Shown here: positions 1 to 8,092 of the stretch, piece after piece | Numbering within the stretch: position 1 is the stretch's first letter | How the letters are laid out: each line of letters opens with the position of its first letter | IMG/VR virus record: IMGVR_UViG_3300037589_000222 | Span: 1 to 34,468 of that record | Length of the DNA: 34,468 bases | From: a virus | Lineage: Duplodnaviria; Caudoviricetes | Direction: 5' to 3' (one strand) | The notes under the pieces: model-generated | Told to the model about the DNA's origin: nothing | The model's database searches: none | Seen by the model: the letters and a program-made list of their open reading frames with translations, nothing else | Translations under genes and position numbers: made by a program

Positions 1-246
1 TTAACAAATAGGAACTGTATTCGCGTCTACTTCAATCGTTTTACAACGGTTCATAGAGTTGTAGGTATCACATTGTACAAATACAGAACAATATACTGTT
101 TGACAAGTGTAAATTGTTGCAGGACCAGTTCCACAAACACGATAATCTGTTTTAGGAACAGCAGCTCCACCTTTTGCGAAATCTTTATTCAAATTAGAAA
201 TGGTAGATTTCTTTACGCTTAAATTTTTAAAATTCTTTTTTTTCAT
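1..246 (-). CDS. RiPP-like precursor peptide (double-glycine leader, 6-Cys core)
   Basis: MKKKNFKNLSVKKSTISNL...KGG leader resembles the Bacteroidota LxLxKx5L lanthipeptide-type leader; Ser/Thr/Cys-rich core ending PIC. Confidence 0.75.
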   Translation of the reverse strand: MKKKNFKNLSVKKSTISNLNKDFAKGGAAVPKTDYRVCGTGPATIYTCQTVYCSVFVQCDTYNSMNRCKTIEVDANTVPIC

Positions 247-292
247 GATAGTATATTTAAAATGGTTTGATAATTTTTCTAGGTATAAAAGA

Positions 293-529
293 TTAGCAAA
301 TTGGACGCGTATTGGTGTCTAGTTCATTGGTTTTACAAATATTCGCTGTGCAAATTTGCCTAGAGTCACATTCTGCGGCTCCTGAACATGTTGTAACTGT
401 TTGTTGCGGTATTGGACAGCGGCGTAATGTTGCAATAATGATAATATCTGTTCCACCAATCATTTGTTGGTTCAAACGAGAAACTTTCGATTTTTGTAAG
501 CGTAAGCTTTTAAGATTCTTTTTTTTCAT
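293..529 (-). CDS. RiPP-like precursor peptide (78 aa, start revised to MKKKNLKSL)
   Basis: Leader LRLQKSKVSRL...IGG, 6 Cys, C-terminus CKTNELDTNTRPIC paralogous to the 1..246 peptide. Confidence 0.75.
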   Translation of the reverse strand: MKKKNLKSLRLQKSKVSRLNQQMIGGTDIIIIATLRRCPIPQQTVTTCSGAAECDSRQICTANICKTNELDTNTRPIC

Positions 530-558
530 GATATACGTATTAAGTTTTATAAATATTT

Positions 559-717
559 CTAGCAACTCATATACGAATCGCAAGGAAACGTTTTGTCAAT
601 CCAGCAGCACATGGTACAGTCAGTTCGTTGCGTTTCTCCTCCTGTAATTTTTGAATATTCTAAAGAGGAAATTGCTTTTTTGTTTAAGCTCAATTTGTAT
701 GCGTTTCTTTTTTTCAT
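559..717 (-). CDS. RiPP-like precursor peptide, 52 aa, not in ORF track
   Basis: Hand translation: MKKRNAYKLSLNKKAISSLEYSKITGG-ETQRTDCTMCCWIDKTFPCDSYMSC*. Confidence 0.75.
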   Translation of the reverse strand: MKKRNAYKLSLNKKAISSLEYSKITGGETQRTDCTMCCWIDKTFPCDSYMSC

Positions 718-768
718 AATGATTAAGGTTTAAGTATTTCAAGATAAAAAGAAGTGTATAAACTCTGC

Positions 769-783
769 TACGGTTTTCCCGTA
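769..783. promoter_or_regulatory. Palindromic putative operator TACGG-N5-CCGTA
   Basis: Inverted repeat about 50 bp upstream of the 717 start codon. Confidence 0.35.
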
Positions 784-897
784 AAAGTGTAAATATGTGC
801 TGTAAATGAGGTGGTTATGTGTTATTGAGGCTGTTATCTGAAAATAGAAGATATTGCATTAAAAAAAGATGTTACTATATAGATGCCACAGAAATAC

Positions 898-932
898 AAA
901 AGCGAACTCTATGCAAAAGTTCGCTTTTTTTT
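898..932. terminator. Intrinsic terminator, probably bidirectional
   Basis: AAAAGCGAACT-N9-AGTTCGCTTTT hairpin followed by a T-run. Confidence 0.7.
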
Positions 933-934
933 AA

Positions 935-959
935 TAAAACGGGAGTTGGTAAGACTCCC
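935..959 (-). terminator. Hairpin downstream of the 977..1117 peptide gene
   Basis: GGGAGT-N7-ACTCCC stem followed by GTTTTA on the minus strand. Confidence 0.5.
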
Positions 960-976
960 AATCGTTGACGAAAACC

Positions 977-1117
977 TTACAGCGGATAACAACAATGTTC
1001 CTGAGTACCATTATGTGCATTAGAATGCGAATAACTTCCACCTTTTACTTTTGTAGAGGTTAATGTAGAAATTGCTTTTTTTCCTAACTGTAACGTTTTT
1101 AATTGTTGCTTTTTCAT
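977..1117 (-). CDS. RiPP-like precursor peptide (46 aa, start revised to MKKQQLKTL)
   Basis: LQLGKKAISTL...KGG leader; short core SYSHSNAHNGTQEHCCYPL. Confidence 0.7.
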   Translation of the reverse strand: MKKQQLKTLQLGKKAISTLTSTKVKGGSYSHSNAHNGTQEHCCYPL

Positions 1118-1264
1118 AATATTCTGTTTTAATGTTTGTGTGATAAAACTAGAAATTTTATGGCTGTCCAACATGCAAAAATGTGTAAAATAGGTACGTG
1201 TATGCACGCGGACGGGATTTTTGGGTGTTAGGTAGGTGTTTGGTTTTGGGGATTAGGGTGAAAT

Positions 1265-1341
1265 AGAGCCAAGTGACAAGAACCAAGAGCCAAGAGCCAA
1301 GAGCCGAGAGCCGAGAGCCAAGAGCCGAGAGCCGAGAGCCG
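1265..1341 (+). repeat. 7-bp tandem repeat AGAGCC(A/G), 11 units including 2 degenerate
   Basis: Read directly from sequence. Confidence 0.95.
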
Positions 1342-1343
1342 AG

Positions 1344-1421
1344 AACAAATCAACAAATTGACGAATTAACGAATCCACGAATCAACAAACAACAAATAAC
1401 GAACAACAAAAAACAAATAAC
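1344..1421 (+). repeat. Degenerate 8-bp then 7-bp tandem repeats (AACRAATY, AACAAAH)
   Basis: Read directly from sequence. Confidence 0.8.
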
Positions 1422-1496
1422 CTCCACAAGCACAGCAACCTATAAAAAAGTCTCAAAAAAACCGCAAAAATAATTTTCAGAATAAAAAAAGCTTTC

Positions 1497-1504
1497 TATA
1501 TTTG
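1497..1504 (+). promoter_or_regulatory. Bacteroidota -7 promoter element for tRNA-Ser
   Basis: TATATTTG matches TAnnTTTG, about 35 bp upstream of the tRNA. Confidence 0.75.
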
Positions 1505-1538
1505 CATCCGCAATCGGGAAATACCCGATGAGACACTC

Positions 1539-1623
1539 GGAGAAATGGCAGAGTGGTCGAATGCGGCAGTCTTGAAAACTGTTGACTGTAACAGGTCCGG
1601 GGGTTCGAATCCCTCTTTCTCCG
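1539..1623 (+). tRNA. tRNA-Ser: tRNA-Ser(TGA)
   Basis: GGAGAAA/TTTCTCC acceptor stem, GCAGT-CT-TGA-AA-ACTGT anticodon arm, long variable arm, GGTTCGAATCC T-loop; CCA not encoded. Confidence 0.97.
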
Positions 1624-1625
1624 CT

Positions 1626-1667
1626 AAAACCCTTGTAAACGTACTGTTTGCAAGGGTTTTGTTTTTT
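1626..1667 (+). terminator. Terminator after tRNA
   Basis: AAAACCCTTGTAAAC-N5-GTTTGCAAGGGTTTT plus T-run. Confidence 0.8.
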
Positions 1668-1721
1668 AAGGGAAAGAACAGGGGAAAGAAAACACTAAGA
1701 TAAAGCCTAAATTAATTACAT

Positions 1722-1982
1722 TTATTTCATGAAATTTTTCACCTTTGAATTCATCGAGATTACTCTTTCAAACATGTGAATTGTGTTGTTTTTATCGGTT
1801 CCAAGCAGTTCAAACTTCATTTCTTTTGGGTAATAATTGAACGTCGCCACTATTCTAGTGGTGAGCCTATAAGAATTTGATACAGCTCTTTCAATAGTGC
1901 GCTTGAAAGATTTAATGATTGGTAAATGATATTCTTCGGTTTCAAAAATATCTTCTGTGTATATGATTTCAAAGTCTAGCAT
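1722..1982 (-). CDS. Hypothetical protein at prophage edge
   Basis: 86-aa ORF with TAGTTTCG (-7-like) 4 nt upstream of ATG. Confidence 0.65.
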   Translation of the reverse strand: MLDFEIIYTEDIFETEEYHLPIIKSFKRTIERAVSNSYRLTTRIVATFNYYPKEMKFELLGTDKNNTIHMFERVISMNSKVKNFMK

Positions 1983-2054
1983 AACGCGAAACTAGGAAAC
2001 GTATTTTCAAGAATAATAGAAATGATTACTTGATTTCCTGTAGTTGCAGAATTT

Positions 2055-2576
2055 TTAGTTTGAAAGTTTGGTAGTGAACTTTTTTTCTAGTGTCCTTTTA
2101 AGGAAAAATATGGCAAAAATAAAAAGTAGAGCTAGAACAATTAAACTGACAAAAAAAGGTGTAGGATTGAATTTTTCTTCTTTCTGCTTCTCCTTCTCTT
2201 TAATTTCTTGCGTGATGAAAGAGTTATCACTCTGTTTGATTTTCTCTTCTATCAGTCTATAGATTTCGTCGGCAGTACATTCAACATCGACTTTTCCATC
2301 TGGACGATAAACCACAGTTTTTGTCAATCCTCCATTTTTAATGGTTTTGATTAACTCTTTAAGTTCTCCGTTTTCATTACGTTCACGTTTTTCAATTGGA
2401 ATAATCTCTGTTTTGATTTGTCCACCTTCGCGCTTTTCTTGAATGCTGCGTACTATTTCCGTGCTAACGTCTTTTGCTTCAACTTTTTTTACTTTCTTTT
2501 TAGTAGATTCTTTCTTTACAGCACATGAACAAACAAGTATAGAAAGTATTATGATTTTAAATATTGACTTCATCAT
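2055..2576 (-). CDS. Putative unimolecular spanin (lipoprotein with C-terminal TM helix)
   Basis: Lipobox-like LVCSC, C-terminal hydrophobic helix FFVSLIVLALLFIFAIFFL plus basic tail, last gene of lysis cassette. Confidence 0.75.
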   Translation of the reverse strand: MMKSIFKIIILSILVCSCAVKKESTKKKVKKVEAKDVSTEIVRSIQEKREGGQIKTEIIPIEKRERNENGELKELIKTIKNGGLTKTVVYRPDGKVDVECTADEIYRLIEEKIKQSDNSFITQEIKEKEKQKEEKFNPTPFFVSLIVLALLFIFAIFFLKRTLEKKFTTKLSN

Positions 2577-2998
2577 TTTGGATCAATTATTTGTATTGTG
2601 GTAGAGTTGATTCCTTTTAAAGCTGAGTGAAAGGATTTCATAGTATTTTTACTATTGGTTACATCGTAGTAGCCATCGCGATCAATGTCTTTAAGCTTTA
2701 GCCCTGGAGCAATACAACCGTTAAGTTGGTGCCAATGATTTGAAGAATGAATTTTACATTCACTTCTGTTTGGAACATTCTTTAATTCATAGAGATTTTG
2801 ATTAAATCTAGGAGAATACTCAAGAATCAAAGGATAAGTTCCTGCGGGTACATTGCTGACATTTCGTTGATTATCTCGGTCACCTCTTTCGATACAAAGT
2901 GAAGCGAAGATTGGCTGGCCAGTATTATCTACTACCATTAAAACTCCTGTACTTTGATTATGGTCCTTCCATAGACGTTGTAATATTACTTTTTTCAT
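2573..2998 (-). CDS. DUF5675-like protein, candidate endolysin
   Basis: Motifs ST-G-L, VPAGTY, YSPRF, VPNRS..KIH, GCIAPG; lies between holin and spanin. Confidence 0.75.
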   Translation of the reverse strand: MKKVILQRLWKDHNQSTGVLMVVDNTGQPIFASLCIERGDRDNQRNVSNVPAGTYPLILEYSPRFNQNLYELKNVPNRSECKIHSSNHWHQLNGCIAPGLKLKDIDRDGYYDVTNSKNTMKSFHSALKGINSTTIQIIDPK

Positions 2999-3642
2999 TG
3001 CTTTGGATTTATAATTTCTTCATCAGTTACTTCAATGTTATTTATTGATTTCTGGTCACGCTCTTCAACATCTAATTTTCCAGCAATCTTCTTGATAATT
3101 CCTTTTTCAAGAAGTGATATGATTTTGTCAAAAAATGACAAGAACTTTGGCTTTTTTCCGGAACGCCTCTTTATATTCTCGCCAATTGAATGAAGCTCAT
3201 AGCTCATGGCAAGGATGTTAAGTAAAACACCAATAAGAAGAACGCCTGAAGATACTTTGACGTATCCTAGTGCAATCAGAAAAGATGTAATGAATACGAG
3301 AAGTGCATCTACCAAAATTACACCTCCTATTTTTCCGAACGATAAATACAGTTTATCAGACTCTACCCAATCGGGATTCGACTTTGACTCATATTTTGAA
3401 GCAATCAATCCTGAAATAAAATCAAAAGCCCAGAATATAAGATACAACACAATACAACACACTATTGTTAGTATAGGTAGTTCCAAATCACTGGCATTCG
3501 CATTCTTAAATATTCGTTTAAATCCACTCGTGAATCCAAAACTAAAAGGTATTGAAAACAACAAAAGTGAACCATTTTTATAGGTAATAGCCTTAGCAAA
3601 TAAACTAAGTCCAAGTATTTTATGTAATAATGTAATTTTCAT
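2995..3642 (-). CDS. Putative holin
   Basis: Several TM segments, DFISGL and ELHSIGENI motifs typical of phage holin family 4, charged C-terminus. Confidence 0.7.
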   Translation of the reverse strand: MKITLLHKILGLSLFAKAITYKNGSLLLFSIPFSFGFTSGFKRIFKNANASDLELPILTIVCCIVLYLIFWAFDFISGLIASKYESKSNPDWVESDKLYLSFGKIGGVILVDALLVFITSFLIALGYVKVSSGVLLIGVLLNILAMSYELHSIGENIKRRSGKKPKFLSFFDKIISLLEKGIIKKIAGKLDVEERDQKSINNIEVTDEEIINPKQ

Positions 3643-4058
3643 TTTTTATGGTAGGTTAAAGTTTTAATAATCCAGTATATAGGTGTACTAACTATCAATC
3701 CAATTGCACGCAAGTAAGGTGTTGAGATTCCCTTTCCTAGTAGTTCCATGTCGCGACCATACTGCCAGTCAGCTTTTATTTTTTGTTTGATCCATTTGAA
3801 ACCAGAATATTTTGGTAGCTCATTGATGTAGAAATCATCATGAGCCATAGCTGAAAAATCTAGTCCTTTGATGTCATCCAAATCTTTTACGATTGTTGCT
3901 CCGTCGAATTCGTTTGGATTATAAACAAAGAAATCATACGCTTTTAGAAATCGTTCATTTGGAACTCCTTGCATTGAGAGTCTATTTACAACATCAATTC
4001 TTTTTTGCGCTAGTAATTTTTTGCTTTGATTAAAAAATGTTGATTTGCTCCAAAACAT
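3639..4058 (-). CDS. Phage protein, DUF1353-like (HD motif)
   Basis: FDGAT...AMAHDDFY...KAD pattern. Confidence 0.45.
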   Translation of the reverse strand: MFWSKSTFFNQSKKLLAQKRIDVVNRLSMQGVPNERFLKAYDFFVYNPNEFDGATIVKDLDDIKGLDFSAMAHDDFYINELPKYSGFKWIKQKIKADWQYGRDMELLGKGISTPYLRAIGLIVSTPIYWIIKTLTYHKK

Positions 4059-4059
4059 A

Positions 4060-4680
4060 TCATGCGGTTAATATAAGATTCATCGTATTTTGTATTTCTA
4101 CAATAGGTGTCGTGGTCTCAACACTCTTCATCAATTCTAACACGTACTCAGCTTTTGAGTAGTTATATCCTTCCATATAATCAATCACAATTCCTCTAGC
4201 AATCTCGATCATTGAGATAAACTCGAAATAAGCTTTTTCACCTGCCTTGTATCTGTTTATGATTAATTCTTTATAAGCTTGCCAAGTATAACCGTGATTT
4301 TCGCCTTCACGCTGTATCATTCCATTCACATCTTCCAGTTCTCCAATAGCGATTCTGTATTTGTGTAGATAGAGCTTCTCTTGTGAATCTATATATTCAC
4401 GACTTCCGTCTTTGCCAATCGCAATTTTCTTTGCACCGATCATCAAATTCGCTACTTCTTCTTGAAGCTTGGTAGTTAGTTCTCCTTTTCTGTTTTTATG
4501 GTAACTAACAAGTATTTGACCTTCGGCACCTTCCACTAAATCTTTTCCAACAAGTCTTGGCTTGAAAAAATTGACCGTATCTTCTTTTTTTCGTTCGTTT
4601 GATTTAAGAACGTAATCACTATCAACTGATTTATCACCAGCTACAAAACCTTTATCTATGTCAAATACTGATACTATCAT
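4060..4680 (-). CDS. Phage protein, possible tail fibre assembly chaperone
   Basis: Position after putative fibre gene with ATGA overlap; function positional only. Confidence 0.4.
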   Translation of the reverse strand: MIVSVFDIDKGFVAGDKSVDSDYVLKSNERKKEDTVNFFKPRLVGKDLVEGAEGQILVSYHKNRKGELTTKLQEEVANLMIGAKKIAIGKDGSREYIDSQEKLYLHKYRIAIGELEDVNGMIQREGENHGYTWQAYKELIINRYKAGEKAYFEFISMIEIARGIVIDYMEGYNYSKAEYVLELMKSVETTTPIVEIQNTMNLILTA

Positions 4681-5396
4681 GTCATGAATAATACTTTTCT
4701 AAAGCCTAAATTAGATGTGCTTCCGTGGTTGGTTTCAGGATCAATCACAACACCATAAGAATTTATACTATTGTCGAGTGTTATAACATTGATTTGATCT
4801 CCTGTTAGTTGTTTTATAAAATCATCACTATAAATTCCAAAATAATCGGTAGTTATGGAACCATGATTTTCTGAAGGAATAAAGTTTGGTGAAATGATTG
4901 AATATGTTTTATTTCCTTTGATACCAGCATTCCCTGTGTTAGTAACAGGATCTGAGGTTCCAGTTAAATTATTGAAAAAGTTTATGTATATAATATGTTT
5001 GAGCGGGTACGCTTTTCCAAACATATATACAAGTCGTTGATTTAGAAGTTCTCCAGTTAACCAACAATCTTGATTTTGACCTAAGATTGAAGGAGTGAAA
5101 GTTTTTATAGTGTGATAAGCTTTGTAATTGTTGCTTACTGCTGTGCTTTGATTTGTGTATGTGACAGGTATTATTTGACTTCCAGAAGTGCCACCTCCAC
5201 TATTAGGCACTGCATCAAGTATTTTTTGAATCTCTAACCACTCAGAAACACCCGCATTTGAAACTCTAATTTTCGAAGTAGGAACTAAAGGAGATTGCTC
5301 TGCAAACTCTTCTGTTCTTTTAGAATTTGCAATTATTTGATTTAACAATTCTGTGTTTGCCGCGACCTTTTCAGATAAGTAAGCTAAAGATGACAT
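4677..5396 (-). CDS. Putative tail fibre or receptor-binding structural protein
   Basis: N-terminal helix, GGGTSGS linker, beta-rich C-terminal domain; first gene after the late-promoter copy. Confidence 0.45.
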   Translation of the reverse strand: MSSLAYLSEKVAANTELLNQIIANSKRTEEFAEQSPLVPTSKIRVSNAGVSEWLEIQKILDAVPNSGGGTSGSQIIPVTYTNQSTAVSNNYKAYHTIKTFTPSILGQNQDCWLTGELLNQRLVYMFGKAYPLKHIIYINFFNNLTGTSDPVTNTGNAGIKGNKTYSIISPNFIPSENHGSITTDYFGIYSDDFIKQLTGDQINVITLDNSINSYGVVIDPETNHGSTSNLGFRKVLFMT

Positions 5397-5445
5397 TACG
5401 CATAAAAATTATATACGTAAAAATAGAATTTAATCGAATTTTCGT

Positions 5446-5467
5446 TCGAGGCAAATATTGAAAATTA
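5446..5467 (-). promoter_or_regulatory. Putative phage late promoter, copy 2
   Basis: TAATTTTCAATATTTGCCTCGA, 21/22 identical to 21781-21802. Confidence 0.65.
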
Positions 5468-5487
5468 GCTAATTATCACTATATTTG
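5458..5487 (+). promoter_or_regulatory. Host-type promoter TTG-N19-TATATTTG for the moron cassette
   Basis: Bacteroidota -33/-7 consensus with expected spacing. Confidence 0.7.
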
Positions 5488-5490
5488 AAT

Positions 5491-5712
5491 ATGGATTTTA
5501 TATTTTTATTAGTGGCTGTATTCCTTATTGGAAATCACCTTTTCAAATCTTTAGGAATATCGCTATTTTCTCCAAAGAAAGACTATGATTTTCCCAAAAC
5601 TAAAGATATCGAACCATCTATAACTGTCAATAATTATACTACTGAACAACATCTACACATTTCAAAAGAAGATTTAGAAAGACTAATTAACGAAAACAAA
5701 GAAAATGGCTAG
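5491..5712 (+). CDS. Small membrane-anchored moron protein (start revised to ATG 5491)
   Basis: N-terminal hydrophobic helix; antisense to phage late genes. Confidence 0.65.
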   Translation: MDFIFLLVAVFLIGNHLFKSLGISLFSPKKDYDFPKTKDIEPSITVNNYTTEQHLHISKEDLERLINENKENG

Positions 5713-5869
5713 ACCAGTTGAAATTTTAGAAAAGTATTTAGCTACTATCAAAAAAGTTGTTGTTACCTACCATGATAACGAAACAAAAGATTTTTCTCCG
5801 AATGAATGGTATTTATTTGAAGAAAGAGTAATTAAAGTTGCTAAAGAAATTCAGATTATTAATATATAA
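5705..5869 (+). CDS. 54-aa moron protein not in ORF track
   Basis: MARPVEILEKYLATIKKVVVTYHDNETKDFSPNEWYLFEERVIKVAKEIQIINI*, overlaps upstream stop and fills the gap. Confidence 0.6.
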   Translation: MARPVEILEKYLATIKKVVVTYHDNETKDFSPNEWYLFEERVIKVAKEIQIINI

Positions 5870-5873
5870 GATT

Positions 5874-6092
5874 ATGACAGGAGATAGTTTCATAAATAGT
5901 CTATTCGATATAGATGCAAGAGATATATGTTCAGCTACTCTTAAAGAAAAAGAGGTTCGTTTTAGTACTAAAATTCATTTTAAATCATTAAGTGGAATTA
6001 AGCATATTATAAAGAATGAGGTATTTACCTTTGAAAACAATGAAGATGCCACTTTATTTTTCTATAACATTACATCTGACTTAAAAAATTAA
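5874..6092 (+). CDS. 72-aa moron protein (start revised to ATG 5874)
   Basis: ATG 4 nt after the previous stop; convergent TTAA overlap with the tail gene. Confidence 0.6.
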   Translation: MTGDSFINSLFDIDARDICSATLKEKEVRFSTKIHFKSLSGIKHIIKNEVFTFENNEDATLFFYNITSDLKN

Positions 6093-8092
6093 TAAGTAAC
6101 AAATCCTCCATCACCAGAATCAATCAATCCTGGAATTTCTATAGCTCCTTCAGAAAACTCAAATCCACTATTTGAATTACTGTTATACACGTTTTCAGCT
6201 TTGATCATAGATGCTTTTACTACATACAAATTTGTATCTTCTAAAGCACCTTCCACCTCTATCGAATCATTTTTAGCATACGCAACTCCGTTTATCTGTA
6301 AATTATTATGAGATAGTGCTTGACATATTTTTCGCATGATCTCTTTGGTGACTGGTTCAAATTCAAACTCATCAAGTTCATGAATTTCTGAACTTAATAA
6401 TATTGCAGTAGTGTCTGTTTTGTAGCTTTCACTCTCATCTGATACCTGACCGTTTATTTTATAGATTGGTATTCTAATTTTATTCTCAATCCCTGTAGCG
6501 TAGAATATATCCGTATTGGTTGAATGGCTATATCTAATTTCAACAGTGTTTTCCTGTCTTACTTTTACATCAATCAACTCGCTTAAGTGTTCCAAATTAC
6601 CAAAAGAAGTATCATTATTATTGATACGAACTTGAATTTCTTCATTTAAGTAATCAACCATATCAATTGAAAATTCAAATACTTCATAATTGAATCGGTT
6701 GTAAAAGCAAGAAACGGGAACAATAACATCAGCTCCTAAGTATTCGGTATCTAGGACTAAGACTTCTGCATTTCTATCTTCATCAAAAACAATATTCTCA
6801 ATGAAATACCATGATAAATCCAATCGCATGTAATTTCCTATCACTCCCCACAACGGCAACGTTCCATTAAGAGTATAATCATCTCCAGTGTCTAAACCTG
6901 TATCATAGTCATAAATATTTCCACTTAAGAAATAAACACCCGTTTTTCCGTCACCTAAATTAAACTTTCGCGCGTCTCGCATATCTTTAAGGCGCATGTT
7001 AGCTGTTTTTTGTTCGACATTTAGAGGAACTTCTGTTCCATTAATTAAAACATGTGCTAAGTTTTCACTGTAATTTGATTTGAATTGAGTAGTGATAATG
7101 TCACAGCTTTGAAATTGTTGTATTTCAGTATAAGCAATTTTTACATCAGCTTCACAACTCAGCGTGTTTTCATCATTCTTGTAATTAGAACAATCTCCCC
7201 ACTCTATTCTGTTGGCATATCGAATCGAATTACTTTTAGAAATTAAGAAGTATGGACTGTTGATTCCAAATTCATCTATTACAAAATTTTTTATGATTGA
7301 GCATCCGTATTGATCTCTGACATGTAAAACATAATTATCAGGAGCCAATCCATTAAATGTATTGGATGACTGCCATGTATTTCCATCTAGCGAATACTCT
7401 AACTCTAAACCAAAGCTTTCGTTTAAGTCAATAATAACTGTAGCACCTTCTGGTGAATTGTTAATAGTGGGTGTAATATTGTCAGGATTAAGTGAAGCTG
7501 GTAAATTGATAGTTTGTGTGACGGTTTGACCGTCTGAACTCTCACAATTTATTATGATACCTACACTTCTTAGATAGTCAAAACTAAATGGATTTGAAGT
7601 ATTGTTTGAAATATTTACGGCTCCAGTAATTGTCTGAGCAACTTCACTTGTTTCTATACTAACTCTAATGTAATCACAAGGATTTGAAGCTTCTGAAAAA
7701 GTAATTGAACTTATACCAAAAGGAGTTTCTGTGTAGTTAGTGATATCAAAATCAACGGAACTTGGATTTGCTGGCTCTGCTCCAGTAGTATCAAATCTAA
7801 CTAATGGGTTTGTTCCTTTAATCAATACTTCATTATCATCTCTTGACACAACATAAGAATTATTGCTGTTGTAGTCTAAATTAAACGATGTAATAAAATT
7901 AATCGCGCTTCTTTCTCCTGGAACAGATGTAACTATTCCCAAAGAAACTTGATTCGAGGCTTGTCTGAAATTCACCCATTTTTCAAATACATGAAAAGCT
8001 AATCCATTTGGAACATCACCGGCAAAAAATGTTACTGTGTCATTAATTGACAAATCTTGATTGAACGTTATTTTAATTTCTGAATAAGTCAT
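6089..8092 (-). CDS. Tail-associated structural protein with SprB-repeat-like segment
   Basis: Second gene downstream of tape measure; contains YSLDGNTWQSSNTFNGLAPDNYVLHVRDQYGC. Confidence 0.7.
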   Translation of the reverse strand: MTYSEIKITFNQDLSINDTVTFFAGDVPNGLAFHVFEKWVNFRQASNQVSLGIVTSVPGERSAINFITSFNLDYNSNNSYVVSRDDNEVLIKGTNPLVRFDTTGAEPANPSSVDFDITNYTETPFGISSITFSEASNPCDYIRVSIETSEVAQTITGAVNISNNTSNPFSFDYLRSVGIIINCESSDGQTVTQTINLPASLNPDNITPTINNSPEGATVIIDLNESFGLELEYSLDGNTWQSSNTFNGLAPDNYVLHVRDQYGCSIIKNFVIDEFGINSPYFLISKSNSIRYANRIEWGDCSNYKNDENTLSCEADVKIAYTEIQQFQSCDIITTQFKSNYSENLAHVLINGTEVPLNVEQKTANMRLKDMRDARKFNLGDGKTGVYFLSGNIYDYDTGLDTGDDYTLNGTLPLWGVIGNYMRLDLSWYFIENIVFDEDRNAEVLVLDTEYLGADVIVPVSCFYNRFNYEVFEFSIDMVDYLNEEIQVRINNNDTSFGNLEHLSELIDVKVRQENTVEIRYSHSTNTDIFYATGIENKIRIPIYKINGQVSDESESYKTDTTAILLSSEIHELDEFEFEPVTKEIMRKICQALSHNNLQINGVAYAKNDSIEVEGALEDTNLYVVKASMIKAENVYNSNSNSGFEFSEGAIEIPGLIDSGDGGFVTY

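Noticed and set aside
312-647. 111-aa plus-strand ORF
   Set aside because: Antisense shadow of two peptide precursor genes
1273-1473. 66-aa plus-strand ORF
   Set aside because: Open frame produced by the heptamer repeats; overlaps the tRNA promoter region
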